This document shows positions 58,455-64,000 of a stretch of DNA of 64,000 nucleotides, piece after piece. The translations under genes and the position numbers were made by a program. The number at the start of each line of letters is the position of its first letter. Within the stretch, counting starts at the first letter, position 1. The DNA is from Smithellaceae bacterium (GTDB lineage Bacteria; Desulfobacterota; Syntrophia; Syntrophales; Smithellaceae): positions 480,001 to 544,000 of the forward strand of contig CAXXVL010000002.1 in the NCBI GenBank assembly GCA_963667845.2, given 5' to 3'. The notes under the pieces are model-generated. The model had not been told where the DNA came from. It was given only the letters and a program-made list of their open reading frames with translations, and searched no databases.

Positions 58455-59387
58455 TTATTCCATCGGTTTTCGCGGCGGTGCAGGTCTTGTAAAAATCAAA
58501 TCCGATGGATTTTTGTTTAAATTGTCGGAAAGCTTCTGTAAATTTTCCGAAGTGACCCGCAGGTTTTCCGATGTATCCTGCAGATCGTTGGTGATCTTTT
58601 TTGTTTTCCGGTCGACGTCCCTGAAAATGGCATCCGCCCTCTCCGATTTTTCGCGCAGATTCAAATCCTTCATGTCGCTTTTGGCTTTTGCAACGAGTTG
58701 CCTGACATCCGACAAAATGTCCAGAGATTCGCTGACGGCCCGATCTACTTTGCCTCCTGAAACTAAATTATTGATTTTTAAGGTTGTTTCTTCAAGGTTA
58801 ACGGATGTCGATTCCAGGTGAGCCATGATACTGTTGATGCGCTTGCCATCCACAAAGTTTTCGATGGCCTGGGTAGTGTTTTTCACGCTGTCGGAAATAC
58901 CTTTGAAATCTATATCCTTAATATTCTGCATAATCGCGCTTGTATCTGCAAGAAAACGGCTGATTTCGGACTTCCGGGACGGAATAACCGGATAGTCTGA
59001 TTCAAAAGTGAGTTTCGGCGAATTGGCCAGGTCTCCCGGTGCGATGCGGTCGAGTTCGATAAAGACGATTCCGGTGATGCCGGCTGTTTTCAGAGATGCG
59101 ACGGTTTGCTTGGGCAAATCACCCTCCAGGTCGATTTTCATAGTTACTTCGATCAGGCGGTAGTCCGGAGCGACGTCTATTTTCTGCACTTTTCCGATTT
59201 CAACGCCCCGGTATTTAATTGCCGAGTCCACCTGCAATCCCTGGACGGATTCGTCAAAGTACACTGCAAAGAGGGAGCCTTTGACAAAAAATCTGGCTGC
59301 GCCGACCCAGATGATAACGACTGCGCAGATCACCACCCCGACAATGACAAAAAGACCGATCATAAATTTTGAGCTTTTAGCTGACAT
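58455..59387 (-). CDS. MCE/MlaD family protein
   Basis: IGLFV, FDESVQGLQVDSAIKYRGVEIGKV, GITGIVFIEL, NPSDLIF. Confidence 0.9.
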   Translation of the reverse strand: MSAKSSKFMIGLFVIVGVVICAVVIIWVGAARFFVKGSLFAVYFDESVQGLQVDSAIKYRGVEIGKVQKIDVAPDYRLIEVTMKIDLEGDLPKQTVASLKTAGITGIVFIELDRIAPGDLANSPKLTFESDYPVIPSRKSEISRFLADTSAIMQNIKDIDFKGISDSVKNTTQAIENFVDGKRINSIMAHLESTSVNLEETTLKINNLVSGGKVDRAVSESLDILSDVRQLVAKAKSDMKDLNLREKSERADAIFRDVDRKTKKITNDLQDTSENLRVTSENLQKLSDNLNKNPSDLIFTRPAPPRKPME

Positions 59388-60171
59388 AAAGCCTCTGTTC
59401 GTCATGCTGCGCGGGCAATTGTCGCAGGAAGAAACTCTTCACCCGCGGGTCCGTCGCCTTTTCTTTCAATTCCAAGGGCTTTCCCTCGGCAATGATTCCC
59501 CTGGCCTCTTTATCCAACATTAACACTCTATCGGCGATTTTGTAAATAGATTCCAGCTCGTGAGTTACGATAACCATGGTTGTTCCCAACGCTTCATTGG
59601 TCTTGATAATCAAGTCGTCCAGTTCCACAGCCGTAATGGGGTCAAGCCCTGCTGATAACTCGTCCAGAAAAAGGACTTGGGGGTCGAGCGCCATCGCGCG
59701 GGCGATGCCCGCTCTCTTCTTCATCCCTCCGGAGAGTTCGGACGGATTATGGTTTTCATAGCCGGCCAAGTTGACCATACCTAATTTCATTTTGATAATC
59801 TGGTTAATGGTTTCCTTGTCCAGATTGGTATATTCCTGCAAGGGAAGCTCAATATTTTCTTTGATCGTCATTGAACTGAACAGAGCACCGGATTGAAACA
59901 GAACGCCGATATTTTGCCGGTACCGGTTGAGCGCATCTTCCTCGGCGCCGATGATGTCGGTTCCCTGGTACAAAACCTGGCCGGAATGAGGCTTCTGCAG
60001 ACCGATCATGATTTTCAGCAAAGTCGATTTACCGCAACCGCTGCCGCCCACGATGACCAGGACTTCTCCCCTGTAAACCTCAAGATTCACGTTTTCGAAA
60101 ACGATGTTATTTCCAAAACGCTGCGTCAGGTTCTTCACGGTAAGGACGGCTTTGTTTTCCGACAGTTTCAC
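59377..60171 (-). CDS. ABC transporter ATP-binding protein (MlaF-like)
   Basis: GGSGCGKS, LSGGMKKRAGIARA, LDELSAGLDP, VTHE. Confidence 0.92.
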   Translation of the reverse strand: MKLSENKAVLTVKNLTQRFGNNIVFENVNLEVYRGEVLVIVGGSGCGKSTLLKIMIGLQKPHSGQVLYQGTDIIGAEEDALNRYRQNIGVLFQSGALFSSMTIKENIELPLQEYTNLDKETINQIIKMKLGMVNLAGYENHNPSELSGGMKKRAGIARAMALDPQVLFLDELSAGLDPITAVELDDLIIKTNEALGTTMVIVTHELESIYKIADRVLMLDKEARGIIAEGKPLELKEKATDPRVKSFFLRQLPAQHDEQRLYVS

Positions 60172-60183
60172 CGCATCATCCTT

Positions 60184-61353
60184 TTAGATTTGTTTAACGT
60201 AATATAACATAATGGCAAAAATGGAATCGGCGACCACGATCAGAAAAATCGCGGCGACTACGGCCGAGGTGGTAAATTTGCCGACATCCTGGGCGCCCGA
60301 GCGAACCTGGAAGCCCCGCTGGCAGCCGATGGCGGAAATGAGCCCGGCGAACACGGCGGCCTTAATCAGACTGGTGACAACATCAAACACCTGAATGGTC
60401 CTGACCGACTGGGTCACGTAAGTATTAACCGTCAGGTCCAGACTGGTGACGCCGATAATCATGCCGCCGAAGACACCGAAAAAGTCGGCATAGATGGTCA
60501 GGATGGGCACAACGAAGATGGTGGCCAGAACCTTGGGGACAGCCAGAAAACGAATCGGATCAAAGCCCATGGTATGCAGTGCATCCACTTCTTCATTGAC
60601 CACCATGGTGCCGATTTCCGCAGCGAAAGCGGAGCCGGAACGGCCCGCCACTAATATCGCCGTCATAAGAGGTCCCAGTTCTTTGATCATCGCGAAACTG
60701 ACCAGTGCGGGGACATAGATGTTCGCGCCGAATTGCTTGAACTGCAGATAAGACATAAAGGCCATAATCAGCCCCATCAAAAGACCGATCAGAGCGACAA
60801 TGGGCAAACCGTCAACGCCGGCCCGCTGGACGTAGAAAAGGACATCTTTCCAGCGCAGCGTTTTGGGATGGGTCAACGTGTAGGCAAGTGCGACCAGAAG
60901 TTCGCCGATGAACGTGACAAAATTAACGAAATCAAGGGCTAGATACAAAGACGCCTGTCCGATTTTGCGGATAAAGCCGTCGTGCGATTGTTCGGATTTA
61001 AAGGGTTCATGGGTCAGCGCGCTTTCATGGATAACGCTGAAAATTCCCTTGGATTCATCGTTTAAGTTGATGAGCTGGCACGGGACCTTCTTTGTGACGG
61101 CTTCTTTTTCAATTTGAACAAATGCAAGGGCCGAGGCACTGTCTAAATAGCTGACGTGTGAAAAATCGATAGTGATGCTTTGCAACGCCTGGCCGGAAAT
61201 TTCCTTTTTGATATCGCCGACGAAAATGGTCAGATTTTTCAGGCTGAACTGCCCTTCAAGATAAATGAAAAGATTCAAGCCTTCTCTTTTGAAGGAGATC
61301 TTATGGGCGATCTGGCAATCTTTCTGGACTGGCATCTGCATCGCAATGCTCAT
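60184..61353 (-). CDS. MlaE family permease with N-terminal STAS domain
   Basis: IDFSHVSYLDSA, ELGPLMTAILVAGRSGSAFAAEIGTM, VGKFTTSAVV. Confidence 0.92.
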   Translation of the reverse strand: MSIAMQMPVQKDCQIAHKISFKREGLNLFIYLEGQFSLKNLTIFVGDIKKEISGQALQSITIDFSHVSYLDSASALAFVQIEKEAVTKKVPCQLINLNDESKGIFSVIHESALTHEPFKSEQSHDGFIRKIGQASLYLALDFVNFVTFIGELLVALAYTLTHPKTLRWKDVLFYVQRAGVDGLPIVALIGLLMGLIMAFMSYLQFKQFGANIYVPALVSFAMIKELGPLMTAILVAGRSGSAFAAEIGTMVVNEEVDALHTMGFDPIRFLAVPKVLATIFVVPILTIYADFFGVFGGMIIGVTSLDLTVNTYVTQSVRTIQVFDVVTSLIKAAVFAGLISAIGCQRGFQVRSGAQDVGKFTTSAVVAAIFLIVVADSIFAIMLYYVKQI

Positions 61354-61663
61354 TTTTGCGTGGTGGAGGAAATTCCTCAAGGAGAACCTTTGACTTCCGC
61401 AACATATTTAAGCCGGTTGCCGGATGCTTGTCAATGAAAAATGAAAAACATTGCCTGCGGAATTTAGCTTCCTTTACCTAATCAGTTGCGGGGAAACCGG
61501 CGAGTGACTGCATTCTTTTCCACATTTCGTTTAAGCGTTTGAACATTTCATTGAAAGAAACGTGCTGAAAGAAGGTTTGGGGGTCTTAACAGCCGGCGGG
61601 GCAATCGATAAATACCGTTATATAACATGATGTTATATATATATTTCGGGTGTGGTTGAATTC

Positions 61664-61679
61664 TGGCACGGACTTTTCA
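61664..61679 (+). promoter_or_regulatory. Putative sigma54 promoter
   Basis: TGGCACG-gact-TTTCA with correct -24/-12 spacing (TC in place of GC); AT-rich inverted repeat upstream. Confidence 0.5.
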
Positions 61680-61727
61680 TTAGAATAAAGGCAAATAGAC
61701 AGACACCCCTCAAGGAGGTAACAGATC

Positions 61728-62003
61728 ATGAAAAAGACATTAGGAACCATCGTAGCGGCGGCGGCAGTAGTTCTTTTAACGGCAACCTTTGGATTTGCAG
61801 AATATGCGGCAGCGGGAGCGACCAATTTCCCGTATTTCCAGCTGGGCTGCCTGATTGTGGGCGGATTGATTTTAGTCAGCCTGAAGAGGAAGTATAACAA
61901 GATGTACACAGCAGAAGTTGTCGGCGCCTTCGCTCTTTACACCATTCTGATGGCGCTCTTTACCAACCCGGTTATTGATGCAGTGAAAAACATGATGACC
62001 TGA
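61728..62003 (+). CDS. Small hypothetical membrane protein
   Basis: AAGGAGG RBS, signal peptide plus two TMs. Confidence 0.75.
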   Translation: MKKTLGTIVAAAAVVLLTATFGFAEYAAAGATNFPYFQLGCLIVGGLILVSLKRKYNKMYTAEVVGAFALYTILMALFTNPVIDAVKNMMT

Positions 62004-62056
62004 TAGGTGGAAGTTACGAAGACGCAGAGAGAATTTAAGGAAGGAGGATTAAGATC

Positions 62057-62296
62057 ATGATCGCGACACAGAGAATAAACCAGAAGCAGTATCAGGGTTT
62101 CACCGGTGTGATGATGATATCGGCCTGGGGCCTGGCGATGGTGATTGCATCTTTCCTGTTCCTCTATATCGGTCACCTTCTGGATGAGAAACTGGGAACC
62201 GCACCGAATTTCATGCTGGGCTTGTTCATGCTGGCGATCTTCATCTGCGTCATGAGACTCTATCAGGAAGCAAAGAAACGAATGAAGGATTTGTAG
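62057..62296 (+). CDS. AtpZ/AtpI (ATPase gene 1) family small membrane protein
   Basis: WGLAMV...YIGHLLDEKLGTAPNFMLG matches the G..LD...GT.P pattern. Confidence 0.75.
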   Translation: MIATQRINQKQYQGFTGVMMISAWGLAMVIASFLFLYIGHLLDEKLGTAPNFMLGLFMLAIFICVMRLYQEAKKRMKDL

Positions 62297-62333
62297 TAGC
62301 CGCTACACCAAAAACATGATCTGTCTATATAAC

Positions 62334-62369
62334 GAGCCCCCTCAGGTCATCCGACTGAGGGGGCTTTTT
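62334..62369 (+). terminator. Intrinsic terminator
   Basis: agccccctcag...ctgagggggcttttt. Confidence 0.85.
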
Positions 62370-62486
62370 AGTGCACATTTTCCGCTCGAAAACTTTCATG
62401 ATAATTTATAATAACGCGGAAAGGTTCTGCGTGCGAGGAGCAATCCACTGGAAGACTACCCGGGCAGGAAACTCAAAGGACACGCA

Positions 62487-62846
62487 TCAAGCGCTCTTGC
62501 CATCCGATTCAAGAAAAGCCTTCAGGACAAGGGCATCGTTGTGCTCCTCGTCCTTTGCGCCATAGACAAGCGTGACCGTCTCGGCCTTGGCATGCCGCAG
62601 GAGTTCATCGACGACGGATTTGTTTTCCTTGAGTTCACGGACGTAGCGCGCCGTGAACGTCCGCCATTTTGCGGGATCGTGGCCGAACCACTGCCGCAGC
62701 TCGGTACTGGGTGCTATTTCTTTGAGCCAGAGATCAATTCGGGCATCCCTCTTCGATAAGCCCCGCGGCCAAAGCCTGTCCACGAGAATCCGCAATCCAT
62801 CGTCCGGATCGGGCTTCGCATAGACCCGTTTCAATTTTATCCGCAT
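62487..62846 (-). CDS. DUF488 (YeaO-like) protein
   Basis: KRVY...DGLRILVDRLWPRG, IAPSTELRQWFGHDP, TLVYGAKD. Confidence 0.92.
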   Translation of the reverse strand: MRIKLKRVYAKPDPDDGLRILVDRLWPRGLSKRDARIDLWLKEIAPSTELRQWFGHDPAKWRTFTARYVRELKENKSVVDELLRHAKAETVTLVYGAKDEEHNDALVLKAFLESDGKSA

Positions 62847-62879
62847 AGCTATACCTCCTCAACTTTCGCGGATGGATCC

Positions 62880-63314
62880 TCAAGTCGTTTCAGCGCATCG
62901 TTTTTCGAGTTCGGCCAGGCGTGCGCGCAGGTCGCGTTCTTCCTTCCAGCGCGCCGTTTCATCCCGGATGATTGCGGCAGCGGATTCGATGTTACCTTCC
63001 GTCGAATGCAAAAGGGCAATCGTAAAGGCGATGGAGAGCGGATGGCCGTCCTTGTGAACGGCAGGGACACGCAGCACCTCTGTTCCGTATCGCGTCTGGC
63101 CCGTCTGCATGACCCGTCGATATCCGCTCCAATGCCTTTCCCGAAATCGTTCCGGTACGATCAGGTTGAGTGACTGACCGATTGCCTCCTCCTCTTTAAA
63201 CCCGAAGATTCGCTGGGCCGCCGGATTCCATAGCAGAATCTTTCCGCGGGCGTCGGCTGCGATCACTGCGTCTCCTGTTTCCTTGATCAGCAAAGATAAA
63301 TCAATACCGTTCAT
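62880..63314 (-). CDS. Stand-alone PAS domain protein
   Basis: WNPAAQRIFG, IGQSLNLIVPE, HKDG, AIIRDET. Confidence 0.9.
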   Translation of the reverse strand: MNGIDLSLLIKETGDAVIAADARGKILLWNPAAQRIFGFKEEEAIGQSLNLIVPERFRERHWSGYRRVMQTGQTRYGTEVLRVPAVHKDGHPLSIAFTIALLHSTEGNIESAAAIIRDETARWKEERDLRARLAELEKRCAETT

Positions 63315-63577
63315 AAAAGACCTTTCGCGGTGATGAGAACGGGAAAGATGCCAAAAAGCCGGATACGCGAAAATTTACCGGCTGCGGCGCGATCCGGCTG
63401 ATGGGGAAACGGCCGGAAACAAATAGATATCAAAAAAGGCAGAGCCCGGAATCGCCTTAGGAATCTGATTACTGATCTTCCGTTACGGGCATTTGTAAGC
63501 AGCGTAAGTCTTCAGCAAGCAGACACTTATCTAATTATAAATTAACAACGTTTGATTTCTAATCAAGGTGATGGCGT

Positions 63578-63781
63578 TCAGATTCGCTTTTTGACGACGA
63601 GTTCGGCAAAGTGCTCGAAGGATCGGTTGAAAGTTCTTTCGGCATCGGCCGGAAAAAAGCATGCCGGCAGTTGCCTTTTCGGAAGATGATAGGCGATGCA
63701 GTCGCAGCAGATGCCTTTGCGCTTACATGGCTCATACGTGCAGTTGCACTTTGTCAGGTTTTTTTCTTTTTTGCAGTCCAT
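63578..63781 (-). CDS. Small Cys-rich protein (DUF6485-like)
   Basis: CNCTYEPCKRKGICCDCIAYH...LPACFF. Confidence 0.8.
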   Translation of the reverse strand: MDCKKEKNLTKCNCTYEPCKRKGICCDCIAYHLPKRQLPACFFPADAERTFNRSFEHFAELVVKKRI

Positions 63782-63912
63782 GGATTTGTTCCCGCAGTCT
63801 TTAACTCTCAAATAAATTTAACGAGCCTGTAGAAAGATTCCTTTTTTGCATACTGATCAATTTCCGGTCAGGTGCATTAATTTTTCCCGAATCTATCAAG
63901 TTGAATCTGCAC

Positions 63913-63999
63913 CTATGTCCCACGTTCATTATTATCTTTTAATTGGAGATTGCTGATTACATGGTCAGCTCGTTCATAATCATTTTCTTCGACTATGAT
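63913..63999 (-). CDS. 3' end of a small gene (DUF2007-like), partial at the window edge
   Basis: IIVEENDYERADHVISNL...*. Confidence 0.45.
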   Translation of the reverse strand: MIVEENDYERADHVISNLQLKDNNERGT

Positions 64000-64000
64000 T

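Overview
This 64-kb bacterial window looks like an anaerobic deltaproteobacterium of the Syntrophales/Smithella type; that is inferred from gene content and style, not proven. Most of it is core metabolism and transport: htpX, bioA/F/D with a divergent bioB, rmuC, a complete trpEGDCFBA operon behind a 4-Trp attenuator, a U32 protein, a TctABC transporter, a MerR-NMO-NMO-MaoC cluster, rne, cimA behind an Ile-rich leader-peptide attenuator, Kef/CDF transporters and an Mla/MCE ABC operon. Three families of short palindromic repeats are dispersed through the intergenic regions. The main accessory feature is a ~10-kb AT-rich island (about 47681-57640) with all intact genes on the + strand. It starts at the 3' end of tRNA-Arg(ACG) and ends inside a truncated yjbQ-like gene. 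It carries an excisionase-like HTH gene, a DUF3102-like gene followed by a TGT/DpdA-like transglycosylase gene, two YbjN-like genes, a RepB-type primase fused to a TPR-protein tail, an IS256 remnant, a small tyrosine recombinase with a perfect 11-6-11 site upstream, and a large serine recombinase. The DUF3102 + TGT-like pair has no deazaguanine synthesis or dpdB/C genes beside it and is the best candidate for an undescribed DNA base-exchange system. All family calls come from motif recognition by eye; no database searches were run.
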